This document shows positions 1 to 14,481 of a stretch of DNA of 64,000 nt, one piece after another; positions within the stretch are counted from its first letter, which is position 1, and every line of letters starts with the position of its first letter. Source of the stretch: Macrostomum lignano (taxonomy: Eukaryota). The position numbers and the translations under genes are program-made. The notes under the pieces are model-generated. The model was not told where the DNA came from. It did not search any database and was given only the letters and a program-made list of their open reading frames with translations. Location: contig NIVC01001797.1 of the NCBI GenBank assembly GCA_002269645.1, forward strand, positions 124,001 through 188,000, read 5' to 3'.

Positions 1-95
1 TCTTTTATCGTAGAAACAGTTCGACGGGAAGCTGGCAGCTTTGGGGGACTGCCGGGTCTGTCTGCGGTTTCTATGCATCTTTTTACTGTTGCATG

Positions 96-838
96 CCCCA
101 CACTGCTGGCCTGTCCCATCTGTCCCACACTGCTGGCCTGTCCCATCTGTCCCACACTGCTGGCCTGTCCCACACTGCTGGCCTGTCCCACACTGCTGGC
201 CTGTCCCATCTGCCCCACACTGCTGGCCTGTCCCACACTGCTGGCCTGTCCCACACTGCTGGCCTGTCCCACACTGCTGGCCTGTCCCACACTGCTGGCC
301 TGTCCCACACTGCTGGCCTGTCCCATCTGCTCCACACTGCTGGCCTGTCCCACACTGCTGGCCTGTCCCATCTGTCCCACACTGCTGGCCTGTCCCACAC
401 TGCTGGCCTGTCCCACACTGCTGGCCTGTCCCATCTGCCCCACACTGCTGGCCTGTCCCACACTGCTGGCCTGTCCCATCTGTCCCACACTGCTGGCCTG
501 TCCCATCTGCCCCACACTGCTGGCCTGTCCACACTGCTGGCCTGTCCCATCTGTCCCACACTGCTGGCCTGTCCCACACTGCTGGCCTGTCCCACACTGC
601 TGGCCTGTCCCACACTGCTGGCCTGTCCCACACTGCTGGCCTGTCCCATCTGCCCCACACTGCTGGCCTGTCCCATCTGCTCCACACTGCTGGCCTGTCC
701 CACACTGCTGGCCTGTCCCATCTGCCCCACACTGCTGGCCTGTCCCACACTGCTGGCCTGTCCCATCTGCCCCACACTGCTGGCCTGTCCCACACTGCTG
801 GCCTGTCTCATCTGTCCCACACTGCTGGCCTGTCCCAT
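96..838. repeat. Minisatellite, 18-bp unit CCCACACTGCTGGCCTGT with optional 9-bp CCCATCTG(T/C) insert
   Basis: Direct tandem periodicity; explains ORFs 41..904, 73..840, 83..838, 93..881. Confidence 0.95.
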
Positions 839-1320
839 AAAATCCCCAATCCCCTCTGGAATACGAGAGAATTATTGTTAAAAATGCTTGGAAATAAAAA
901 ATAATGCATGGAGAAAATATTGGAGGATAAAAGGGAGAATGCGAGTGGGGATACTCGTGCAGTTATGCTCAGCTGGTGCTCAGCGCAGTGAAACAGGCGG
1001 CTGCAGCAGAGGGGATGGGGGCGGCCCAGCATTATACGGGCACCAGCTAAATCCCGCAGCCAGCCGTATCCGCCACTCAAATCCCTTCAGTTTTCTCCTC
1101 AGCTGGAGTCGATAAGGGCCAGGCCGCGGAGGAGATGGAGACGCCATGCTGGGGGGGGGGGTACAGAGTTGCTATGCGGGCTTTGGGAGGCGAATATTAC
1201 GGCTAGAATTTGCTTCCAAGACTCGCCCATAATCTCGCCACAGGATTGGCGGTCTGACAGGGCGGTGAGGGCTGCTCCCGGTGCCCTGGGCCTGAGATCT
1301 GGTCTCAAGGCTATCTCTGA

Positions 1321-1893
1321 GGTGGCTAAGGATCCCTCAGTAGCTCTGTGGGGTGGCTAAGGATCTGTCTGTAGCTCTGTGGGGTGGCTAAGGATCTGTC
1401 TGTAGCTCTGTGAGGGGGCTAAGGATCTGTCTGTAGCTCTGTGGGGTGGCTAAGGATCTGTCTGTAGCTCTGTGGAGTGGGCTAAGGATCTGTCTGTAGC
1501 TCTGTGAGGGGGCTAAGGATCTGTCTGTAGCTCTGTGGGGTGGCTAAGGATCTGTCTGTAGCTCTGTGAGGGGGCTAAGGATCTGTCTGTAGCTCTGTGG
1601 GGTGGCTAAGGATCTGTCTGTAGCTCTGTGGGGTGGCTAAGGATCTGTCTGTAGCTCTGTGGGGTGGCTAAGGATCTGTCTGTAGCTCTGTGGGGTGGCT
1701 AAGGATCTGTCTGTAGCTCTGTGGGGTGGCTAAGGATCTGTCTGTAGCTCTGTGGGGGGCTAAGGATCTGTCTGTAGCTCTGTGGGGGGGGGCTAAGGAT
1801 CTGTCTGTAGCTGTGTGGGGTGGCTAAGGGTCTGTCCGCAGCTCTGTGGGGTGGCTAAGGATCTGTCAACAGTTCTGTGGGGTGGCTAAGGAT
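1321..1893. repeat. Minisatellite, 31-bp unit GGTGGCTAAGGATCTGTCTGTAGCTCTGTGG
   Basis: Period 31 (e.g. 1621 vs 1652), about 18 copies. Confidence 0.95.
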
Positions 1894-2024
1894 CCAAAAC
1901 TCGAGATTCAAAACCCCCATAGCTACCATTGCGAATCCACAGAAAAGTGAGCCAAGAAACTCGGCTTCTCAGATCGCATTGGCGAGGCTGTCAGGCACCG
2001 GAATCAACTTTCGGACAGTCCCCG

Positions 2025-2412
2025 GAGTTCATGAGTGAGTTCATGAGTGAGTTCATGAGTGAGTTCATGAGCGAGTTCATGAGTGAGTTCATGAGTGAGT
2101 TCATGAGTGAGTTCATGAGTGAGTTCATGAGTGAGTTCATGAGCGAGTTCATGAGTGAGTTCGTGAGTGAGTTCATGAGCGAGTTCATGAGTGAGTTCAT
2201 GAGTGAGTTCATGAGTGAGTTCATGAGTGAGTTTCATTAGTCCATGCGTGATTTCATAAGTAAGTTCATGAGTGAGTTTATGAGTGAGTTCATGAGTGAG
2301 TTCATGGGTGAGTTCATGAGTGAGTTTATGAGTGAGTTCATGAGTGAGTTCATGAGTGAGTTCATGAGTGAGTTCATGAGTGAGTTGAATGAGTTCATTA
2401 GTGAGTTCATGA
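2025..2412. repeat. Minisatellite, 12-bp unit GAGTTCATGAGT
   Basis: Direct periodicity; gives (SEFM)n / (MNSL)n pseudo-ORFs. Confidence 0.95.
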
Positions 2413-3037
2413 CCTTGATTCCGTCCGAGAAGATAACAAGCCGTTGTTGCCATTCCGTAAGCAACTGTCTATTTTAAAAGCTTTCAACCGACCTTAAAAA
2501 AGCTTTTTTTGTCTGCCACTTGAAACAAATCGATTTTAACTGGCTCTGCTTGGAGCAAAGCGCAGGGCCTCTCAAGCCTGAGCCGGTCTGTTTGGTCCTG
2601 AACTGTGGCATTACAGCAGCCCTTCTCCTTATCGTATGCCGACAATATGCCAGACAGTATACTGGTAAATATTGATTGTTGTTGGTAAGCTGACTTGGTT
2701 ATAGATATCTATGCTCGTATATATTTGTGTGCATAAAGCAAGCCAAAAGCAAAGATTGATCCCTATGGGAAGAAAACTCCCCAAGACCTTAGTAGAGAGG
2801 CTGACTCTGACTCTGCCAGCCAATGGGGTCGCAGCTCGCATATGATTGGCTGGTCTGACCCAGCACAAAAATACCAAATCCTAAGCCCTTCGTGTCCGCT
2901 CCCAGGCTCTCTTTATCAGCGTTTAGACTCAGTCTACTTCTCTCTGTTATTTAGGCAATTTTATTTTATTATCGTGCAATTACGAATAATTTAAAGTCAC
3001 CCTACTCGGCTGGGATGCCCTCAAAGCTGTTAAAACT

Positions 3038-3218
3038 ATGCCACTGAAGCCGCTGCCGCCACTGCTGCTTCTTCTGGTTTCCTGTCTTCTGCTTTTGCTG
3101 CCTTCGTCAACGTCGCCTTTGTTGAGCCCGAAGCCACGGCTGCCGCCGGCCCCGCTGATTGGGTACGAGAGACCGACAAGGATTGACATCGATCCGGAGA
3201 GCTGGCAGTACTTCCAGG
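3038..3218 (+). CDS. EVA-1-like SUEL-lectin membrane protein, exon 1 (signal peptide)
   Basis: MPLKPLPPLLLLLVSCLLLLLPSSTS is a signal-peptide-like N-terminus; the exon ends at a GTGAGC donor (3219), phase 1, matching the phase-1 lectin exon at 19361. Linkage across 16 kb is inferred. Confidence 0.65.
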
Positions 3219-3235
3219 GTGAGCCTTGCGGTTGT

Positions 3236-4308
3236 GGCCATAGACTGTTGTACGTTTATATAGATAAATACGATACGATACGATTAGATAGATAGATACT
3301 TCGGGTGTTTATTGCCATAGACTGTTGTACATTCATATAGACAAATAAGGGGTGTTTATTGCCATAGACTGTTGTACATTCATATAGACAAATAAGGGGT
3401 GTTTATTGCCATAGACTGTTGTACATTCATATAGACAAAGAAGGAGTGTTTATTGCCATAGACTGTTGTACATTCATATAGACAAATAAGGGGTGCTTAT
3501 TGCCATAGACTTTTGTACATTCATATAGACAAATAAGGGGTGTTTATTGCCATAGACTGTTGTACATTCATATAGACAAAGAAGGGGTGTTTATTGCCAT
3601 GGACTGTTGTACATTCATATAGACAAATAAGGGGTGTTTATTGCCATAGACTGTTGTACATTCATATAGACAAATAAGGGGTGTTTATTGCCATAGACTG
3701 TTGTACATTCATATAGACAAATAAGGGGTGTTTATTGCCATAGACTGCTGTACATTCATATAGATAAATACGAGGTGTTTATTGCCATAGACTGTTGTAC
3801 ATTCATATAGACAAATAAGGGGTGTTTATTGCCATAGAATGCTGTACGTTCATATAGACAAATAAGGGGTGTTTATTGCCATAGACTGTTGTACATTCAT
3901 ATAGACAAATAAGGGGTGTTTATTGCCATAGACTGTTGTACATTCATATAGACAAATAAGGGGTGTTTATTGCCATAGACTTTTGTACATTCATATAGAC
4001 AAATAAGGGGTGTTTATTGCCATAGACTGTTGTACATTCATATAGATAAATTCGGGGTGTTTATTGCCATAGACTGTTGTACATTCATATAGACAAATAA
4101 GGAGTGTTTATTGCCATAGACTGTTGTACATTCATATAGACAAATAAGGAGTATTTATTGCCATAGACTGCTGTACATTCATATAGACAAAAGAGGGGTG
4201 TTTATTGCCATAGACTGCTGTACGTTCATATAGACAAATAAGGGGTGTTTATTGCCATAGACTGCTGTACATTCATATAGATAAATACGGGGCGTTTATT
4301 TCCCTAGA
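3236..4308. repeat. Minisatellite, 47-bp unit GGGGTGTTTATTGCCATAGACTGTTGTACATTCATATAGACAAATAA
   Basis: Period 47 (3361 vs 3408); starts about 17 nt after the exon-1 donor. Confidence 0.95.
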
Positions 4309-4994
4309 CTGGTTAACAATAGGTTGACAAGCAATTTCCCAGCTGGTTAATCTTTCTAATCGACTCGTTCAGCTACTCGGTAAAACTTCTCGTTAATTTT
4401 CTCAATTCGCTGTCACCCGATGAGTCATATGGGAGGTGTTATTAGAATTTTTCGCACATCCGGCCTCTGGGCTAAGAATTGAGCTCCTGGAAGGTGACAG
4501 AAGCTACAGAGGCTCTTAAGCAGCCTGTTTGATGCTAGGAGAAGAAGACATTCCTTGTCACGTTGCAAGTGAACAGCAAATCAGACTGTTTGTTCCTGTC
4601 GACTCCGGGCCCAGTGCTTGCCTCTGGGATGGACAGACAGGACAGGCACAAGCAGATTTAGGCTAACAAGATGGCACACAAGGGACCACAGAATTTTAGA
4701 ATCCGGATTGAACAACCAAATATTTGATAGTTTATTGGATAGAACATTGCTGTTGCGTAACTGGGCGTTGGACCAGCTCTGCTGTAGCTTCCCAGGCCCA
4801 GCGTTTGCCACTGCCAATCAGTTATGATTGGCTATTTAGAAATTGCTCAGGGATTGCGTCCCAGTGAGATTGCGTAGCTGCTAATGACTCGCATGTCAGG
4901 TTTGAAATAATTCACTGTGATGTGAATTGTGCAGTTTTTGAATAGCAGTAATTTGATTCTTTCTCTAGAAACTACTACATTCGTGAGCATTAAA

Positions 4995-5565
4995 TCTTGT
5001 GAATATTAGATCCTGTGAATGTTAGATCCCGTGAATGTTAGATCCCGTGAATGTTCGATCCCGTGAATTTTAGATCCCGTGAATAATAGATCCCGTGAAC
5101 ATTAGATCCCGTGAATATTAGATCCCGTGAATTTTAGATCCCGTGAATTTTAGATCCCGTGAATAATAGATCCCGTGAACATTAGATCCCGTGAATATTA
5201 AATCCCGTAAAACTTAGATCCCGTGAACATTAGATCCCGTGAATAATACATCCCGTGAACATTAGACCCCGTGAACATTAGATCCCGTGAATATTAAATC
5301 TCGTGAACATTAGATTCTAGGAACATTAGATCTCGTGAACATTAGACTCCGTGAACATTAGACCCCGTGAACATTAGATCCCGTGAACATTAGATCCCGT
5401 GAACATTAGATCCCGTGAACATTAGATCCCGTGAACATTAGATTCCGTGAATATTAGATCACGTGAGCATTAGATCCAATTTAATATTAAATCTAGCGAA
5501 TTTTAGATCCTATATAAACATTAGATTTTGTGAACATTCAATCCCATGAACCCTCGATCCTGTGA
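4995..5565. repeat. Minisatellite, 16-bp unit ATTAGATCCCGTGAAC
   Basis: Direct periodicity with decayed edges. Confidence 0.93.
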
Positions 5566-6584
5566 ACTCCAGATGCAGATGCAAAGGAAACAAAATGCAT
5601 CCCGTGAGCATCAAAGCCCATATGAAGCGATTTCACTGTAGACAAAGAATCGAAGCCAATAGCACTATTCATAGCTAAAAATATTGGAGGACAAAAGGGA
5701 GAAGTGAATTGAGGAGACCTGGGACAATAAATTTATATTGAAAGTCGCCAGTGCAGGCCAATAAATAAAAATTGCAGACCCGCCCACCCCACCCCTCCCC
5801 AGGCGCTGGCTGACTGCCTCGCATGCTTCATTCTATTATATTTGTCTGCTTTTTCACGACCCAAAGCAGCAAAGCAACTGCAGTGACCAGAGAGCGCATA
5901 GAAGAGAAATCAATAATTGTTCCACTCTTCTCTCTAGCGATCTTATCCTTACCTTGTTTCATTGCTGCTTTTTTGGCAACAAGTCTTCTGCTTCTGCGTA
6001 TTGTCTTCTAGTCTCGCCCAGCGCTGGCCAGAATTAGAGGAGACAGAAGGAGGAGGAGCAGAAAGCGAAAGAGAAAAATTATAATGAAAAACATGCATAC
6101 GAGCGTAGTACTAAAAGAAAGAAGCAAAAACAGCCGTCTTCTAGAAGAGAAAACCCAGGCAATAATTAAAGGGACCAGAGAGTAGTGAAATTCCGGCGTT
6201 GAATTTCGCACTGCCGCCTCATTCATTTCCCAGCCCGGTTAATAACATCTTTGAGCCGACTTGCTTATCAAGAAAACAAGGACATTGCAGGAGGGGACGG
6301 TTGCAAGAAGATTTCAACTGCAATTGAGAAAAGAGAAAAACAGGATGAGAAATTCTTTTAACTCTCTGAATCTGGCTGGCAAAGCCATCGAGTTGGTGAA
6401 TTTCCCGTTGTGATCCGCCAGATTTGGCTGGCACGTGGGTCAACATGAGAGTCCATATTGTAGGGGAAACCGGGGGGGGGGCGAAAAGAACCTCACAGAT
6501 GGCCTAAGCCTAATGGATTCACGATTCTATTAGTCCTTCACGTGTTTCCATTTCACGTGGGTGCAGTGCATCCTGTGTGAGCGT

Positions 6585-9500
6585 GTGAGAGAGACAGGGA
6601 GAGACAGGGAGAGACAGGGAGAGACCGGGAGAGAGACAGGGAGAGAGACAGGGAGAGACAGACAAGGAGAGACAGGGAGAGAGACAGGAGAGACAGGGAG
6701 AGACAGGGAGAGAGACAGGGAGAGAGACAGGGAGAGAGACAGGGAGAGAGACAGGGAGAGAGACAGGGAGAGAGACAGGGAGAGAGACAGGGGAGACAGG
6801 GAGAGAGACAGGGAGAGAGACAGGGAGAGAGACAGGGAGAGAGACAGGGAGAGAGACAGGGAGAGAGACAGGGAGAGAGACAGGGAGAGACAGACAAGGA
6901 GAGACAGGGAGAGAGACAGGGAGAGACAGACAAGGAGAGACAGGGAGAGAGACAGGGAGAGAGACAGGGAGAGAGACAGGAGAGACAGGGAGAGACAGGG
7001 AGAGAGACAGGGAGAGAGACAGGAGAGACAGGGAGAGACAGGGAGAGAGACAGGGAGAGACAGACAAGGAGAGACAGGGAGAGAGACAGGTAGAGACAGA
7101 CAAGGAGAGACAGGGAGAGAGACAGGGAGAGACAGACAAGGAGAGACAGGGAGAGAGACAGGGAGAGAGACAGGGAGAGAGACAGGGAGAGAGACAGGGA
7201 GAGAGACAGGGAGAGACAGACAAGGAGAGACAGGGAGAGAGACAGGGAGAGACAGACAAGGAGAGACAGGGAGAGAGACAGGGAGAGAGACAGGGAGAGA
7301 GACAGGGAGAGAGACAGGGGAGACAGGGGGAGAGACAGGGAGAGAGACAGGGAGAGAGACAGGGGAGACAGGGGGAGAGACAGGGAGAGAGACAGGGAGA
7401 GAGACAGGGAGAGAGACAGGGAGAGAGACAGGGAGAGAGACAGGGAGAGAGACAGGGAGAGACAGACAAGGAGAGACAGGGAGAGAGACAGGGAGAGACA
7501 GACAAGGAGAGACAGGGAGAGAGACAGGGAGAGAGACAGGGAGAGAGACAGGAGAGACAGGGAGAGACAGGGAGAGAGACAGGGAGAGAGACAGGAGAGA
7601 CAGGGAGAGACAGGGAGAGAGACAGGGAGAGACAGACAAGGAGAGACAGGGAGAGAGACAGGTAGAGACAGACAAGGAGAGACAGGGAGAGAGACAGGGA
7701 GAGACAGACAAGGAGAGACAGGGAGAGAGACAGGGAGAGAGACAGGGAGAGAGACAGGGAGAGAGACAGGGAGAGAGACAGGGAGAGAGACAGGGAGAGA
7801 GACAGGGGAGACAGGGAGAGAGACAGGGAGAGAGACAGGGAGAGAGACAGGGAGAGAGACAGGGAGAGAGACAGGAGAGACAGGAGAGACAGGGAGAGAG
7901 ACAGGGAGAGAGACAGGGAGAGAGACAGGGAGAGAGACAGGGAGAGAGACAGGGAGAGAGACAGGGAGAGAGACAGGGAGAGAGACAGGGAGAGAGACAG
8001 GGAGAGAGACAGGGAGAGAGACAGGGAGAGAGACAGGGAGAGAGACAGGAGAGACAGGAGAGACAGGGAGACACAGGGAGAGAGACAGGGAGAGAGACAG
8101 GGAGAGAGACAGGGAGAGAGACAGGGAGAGAGACAGGGAGAGACAGACAAAGAGAGACAGGGAGAGAGACAGGGAGAGACAGACAAGGAGAGACAGGGAG
8201 AGAGACAGGGAGAGACAGACAAGGAGAGAGACAGGAGAGACAGGAGAGACAGGGAGACACAGGGAGAGAGACAGGGAGAGAGACAGGGAGAGAGACAGGG
8301 AGAGAGACAGGGAGAGAGACAGGGAGAGACAGACAAAGAGAGACAGGGAGAGAGACAGGGAGAGACAGACAAGGAGAGACAGGGAGAGAGACAGGGAGAG
8401 ACAGACAAGGAGAGACAGGGAGAGAGACAGGGAGAGAGACAGGGAGAGACAGACAAGGAGAGACAGGGAGAGAGACAGGGAGAGACAGACAAGGAGAGAC
8501 AGGGAGAGAGACAGGGAGAGAGACAGGGAGAGAGACAGGAGAGACAGGGAGAGACAGGGAGAGAGACAGGGAGAGAGACAGGGAGAGAGACAGGGAGAGA
8601 GACAGGGAGAGAGACAGGGAGAGACAGACAAGGAGAGACAGGGAGAGAGACAGGGAGAGACAGACAAGGAGAAACAGGGAGAGAGACAGGGAGAGAGACA
8701 GGGAGAGAGACAGGGAGAGAGACAGGGAGAGAGACAGGGAGAGAGACAGGGAGAGAGACAGGGGAGACAGGGAGAGAGACAGGGAGAGAGACAGGGAGAG
8801 AGACAGGGAGAGAGACAGGGAGAGAGACAGGGAGAGAGACAGGGGAGACAGGGAGAGAGACAGGGAGAGACAGGGGAGACAGGGAGAGAGACAGGGAGAT
8901 AGACAGGGAGAGAGACAGGGAGAGAGACAGGGAGAGAGACAGGGAGAGAGACAGGGAGAGAGACAGGGAGAGAGACAGGAGAGACAGACAAGGAGAGACA
9001 GGGAGAGAGACAGGGAGAGACAGACAAGGAGAGACAGGGAGAGAGACAGGGAGAGAGACAGGGAGAGAGACAGGGAGAGAGACAGGGAGAGAGACAGGGA
9101 GAGAGACAGGGAGAGAGACAGGGAGAGAGACAGGGAGAGAGACAGGGAGAGAGACAGGGAGAGAGACACGAGAGACAGGGAGAGACAGGGAGAGACAGGG
9201 AGAGAGACAGGGAGAGAGACAGGGAGAGAGACAGGGAGAGAGACAGGGAGAGACAGACAAGGAGAGACAGGGAGAGAGACAGGGAGAGACAGACAAGGAG
9301 AGACAGGGAGAGAGACAGGGAGAGACAGACAAGGAGAGACAGGGAGAGAGACAGGGAGAGAGACAGGGAGAGAGACAGGGAGAGAGACAGGGAGAGAGAC
9401 AGGGAGAGAGACAGGGAGAGAGACAGGGAGAGACAGGGAGAGAGACAGGGAGAGACAGGGGAGACAGGGAGAGAGACAGGGAGAGAGACAGGGAGAGAGC

Positions 9501-9912
9501 AGTGAGAGAGACAGGGAGAGAGACAGGGGGAGAGACAGGGGAGACATGGGAGAGACAGGGGAAACAGGGAAGAGACAGGGAGAGACAGGAGAGACAGACA
9601 GGGGAGACAGACAGGGAGAGACAGACAGGAGAGACAGACAGGGGAGACAGGAGAGACAGACAGGGAGAGACAGGGAGAGACAGACAGGGAGAGACAGGAG
9701 AGACAGACAGGGGAGACAGGAGAGACAGACAGGGAGAGACAGGGAGAGACAGACAGGGAGAGACAGGAGAGACAGACAGGGAGAGACAGGAGAGACAGAC
9801 AGGGAGAGACAGGAGAGACAAACAGGGAGAGACAGGAGAGACAGACAGGGAGAGACAGGAGAGACAGACAGGGGAGACAGGGAGAGAGACAGGGAGAGAC
9901 AGGGAGGACAGG
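6585..9912. repeat. 3.3-kb purine-rich compound satellite (CAGGGAGAGAGA / CAGGGAGAGA / CAGACAAGGAGAGA units)
   Basis: Plus strand almost entirely G/A with a C every few bases; source of the 1150-1230 aa low-complexity ORFs. Confidence 0.97.
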
Positions 9913-10603
9913 AGGGCGATACAGGATCCGGGCGACAAAGCCAGAACGAGCTGAGATCCGGGTCTCTCTCCCCGAGTTCGCAGCCAGCTGTGATGGATGA
10001 GGAGCAGTGGAGGAGGGGGTGAATCGGCACCAGCAGCCGCAGCCGGTACAGCGGGCCACTGCTGCGGAAGAGTTCTGGCACGGTGCACGGCAAAGGCCAA
10101 TTAGAACTTACTCGAGCTTCTGGCCTCCATCCTCTCTCTCCCTCCAGTATCTCCCAGCCGTATTGAGAAGCAAGGATCGGGCAGAGAAGCAGAGCAGATG
10201 AGAGTCTGGAGCAGTGGAACACGGAGCAGTTGCTCCCAAGTCGGTGATTGATTTTTGCTTCGCTAAGGCAATTATAAGATTTGTTTGAGGGGTGCTTCTG
10301 GGCTCCGCCTCTCTCCTCCTCTCGGAACTGCCCAACTAATTAGTTATGATAATGACTGCACTGTTGAGCAGCTGCTGCCTGGCTGGTGCATCATTGTTTT
10401 TGTTGCTGCTCAAGTCCGGCTGCCCGAATCCTCATCTTGCACTCTGCTGAAGAGGCTCTCTGCAGAGAAGCTGCTCCCATGCAGTGTTTTCCTATGGTCG
10501 GGAACGAGTGAACTACCCAAATATCTGCACTGCCTGTGTGGCTTGTGAATTTCTGAGTCCATTCGCATTTGGGAAAATCCGGCCGATTTGTGTTCAGCTC
10601 CAC

Positions 10604-12512
<1,909 letters not shown>

Positions 12513-12569
12513 ACATCTCTATCTCAACCTTCTGTACTCTCTCGCATCTACCCCACCCCTTCTCTATAG

Positions 12570-12596
12570 CGGCAGCAGAATTATTAGTTAAACCGA
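12570..12596 (+). CDS. Candidate 27-nt micro-exon of the EVA-1-like gene (AAAELLVKP)
   Basis: Strong pyrimidine tract and TATAG acceptor (12568-69), GTAATT donor at 12597; phase 1-1 and stop-free, so frame-preserving between 3218 and 19361. Confidence 0.45.
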
Positions 12597-13058
12597 GTAA
12601 TTTCTTTTTGAAAAACTGAGGACAAGTGAAAAAATGCAATTAGCCGCTCAAAAAACTGACGAATGAATTATTAAAGGGCCGCTTAGCACGCAAAAGTTCA
12701 GACGTGGCCTCTTAGAATTTTCCGAGTCCATGTCAAACACGCGGCCTTGAATTAAGCAAAAAAAACCGAGCAGGCTGCAACAGAAAATGCATACTCGCTT
12801 AGCAGACAGCCTTGCCCGGCTAAATTGAAGGATCTGGGGGGGGGGGGACCGGGCTGCGCCGATGAGAGAATTTACATAGCTAGGGGGGGGGGGGTCTCGG
12901 ACCCGTTGGGATGCGAATCCCAATCAGCAGCACAGTTGAGTTGGTTTAAAGAATTTTGGCGTCCCTGGTAAAAAAACAGACTGGTATTAAATTTGACTTG
13001 TTGAAACGACAGGGATGAATATGAACAGGAGATTTGACACTGGGGTATTCAAAATGAG

Positions 13059-13762
13059 GAATATGAACAGGGAAATGGGAACAGGGGAATATGAACAGGA
13101 GAATATGAACAGGAGAATATGAACAGGGAATATGAACAGGGGAATATGAACAGGGGAATATGAACAGGGGAATATGAAAAGGGGTAATATGAACAGGGGT
13201 AATATGAACAGGGGAATATGAACAGGAGAATATGAACAGGAGAATATGAACAGGAGAATATGAACAGGAGAATATGAACAGGAGAATATGAACAGGAGAA
13301 TATGAACAGGGGAATATGAACAGGGGAATTTGAACAGGAGAATATGAACAGGAGAATATGAACAGGGGAATATGAACAGGAGAATATGAACAGGGGAATA
13401 TGAACAGGAGAATATGAACAGGAGAATATGAACAGGGGAATATGAACAGGGGAATATGAACAGGAGAATATGAACAGGAGAATATGAACAGGAGAATATG
13501 AACAGGGGAATATGAACAGGGGAATATGAACAGGAGAATATGAACAGGAGAATATGAACAGGGGTAATATGAACAGGGGAATATGAACAGGGGAATATGA
13601 ACAGGGGAATATGAACAGGGGAATATGAACAGGGGAATATGAACAGGGGAATATGAACAGGGGAATATGAACAGGGGAATATGAACAGGGGAATATGAAC
13701 AGGGGAATATGAACAGGGGAATATGAACAGGGGAATATGAACAGGGGAATATGAACAGGGGT
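13059..13762. repeat. Minisatellite, 14-bp unit GAATATGAACAGG(G/A)
   Basis: Direct periodicity. Confidence 0.95.
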
Positions 13763-14481
13763 GAATGAGCTGCCAAGATTTGGATTCCAGACAAAGTCGG
13801 ATTCCAACGCAATCACTTGAGCAGTTGATTTACAAAGGCCGGCTCAATCTAATTAGCGCATTGGCGAGTCGATGGCTGTCTACTGCTTATAAATGATGCC
13901 TGCCAACGATGGCAGGCTTGTAAATCAGGGCACTTCACCGCCAGCGTGCGTCTGAATCACACGAGAGGCAAAGTATTCTTGGATAAACAGACTGGCTTTT
14001 CAGAGCCCCACACACATCCCAGGAGAGAGCTGCCGGCTCCTTCCCAGCTGCTTGGGGAAGTGAGCGACCAGTCATCAGTTAGGGGCTAACCCTCCGCCTA
14101 GAGTCTCCCATGAGACCCCTGGCGACTAGAAGTGCAAAAAAAGCGAAACCAAACGACCAGTCATAGTTTTTTTTAAGTTTCAAAATGCACGATTTCTCGT
14201 TTCTTTCTCTAATTTCTCTCTCCAACCATGCAGACCAAGTTTCCAGCAGCTGTCCCGTTCGCGAATATTGGCTAAGCTAAGCGTGCATTGAGCTATAGGG
14301 GGATTAACAGCTCCAGGACTCGGCAGCATTATTCCCATCTGGTTTGAGTCCCCTGAAAGCTCGAAAGTTCTCGGCTGCTCCTGCTGCTCGTTCTGGTGGA
14401 CTTTTATGCGAGCAGAATTTGGCATTGAGCTGCTTTGCTGGCTGCGTCCCGTGACTCCTGTTGGCTCAACTGTGTCTCCGC

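Noticed and set aside
41-904. Four 250-290 aa Cys/Pro/His-rich ORFs
   Set aside because: All are frames of an 18/27-bp stop-free minisatellite; no coding flanks or splice context.
6008-6226. Hydrophobic ORF (FFIIIFLFRFLLLLLL) loosely recalling a viral surface protein
   Set aside because: It is the antisense reading of an A/G-rich stretch; 72 aa with no other viral motif nearby.
6519-10222. ORFs of 1150-1230 aa (RE/RD-rich or SL/CL-rich)
   Set aside because: Translations of the GA-rich satellite; open on both strands for compositional reasons.
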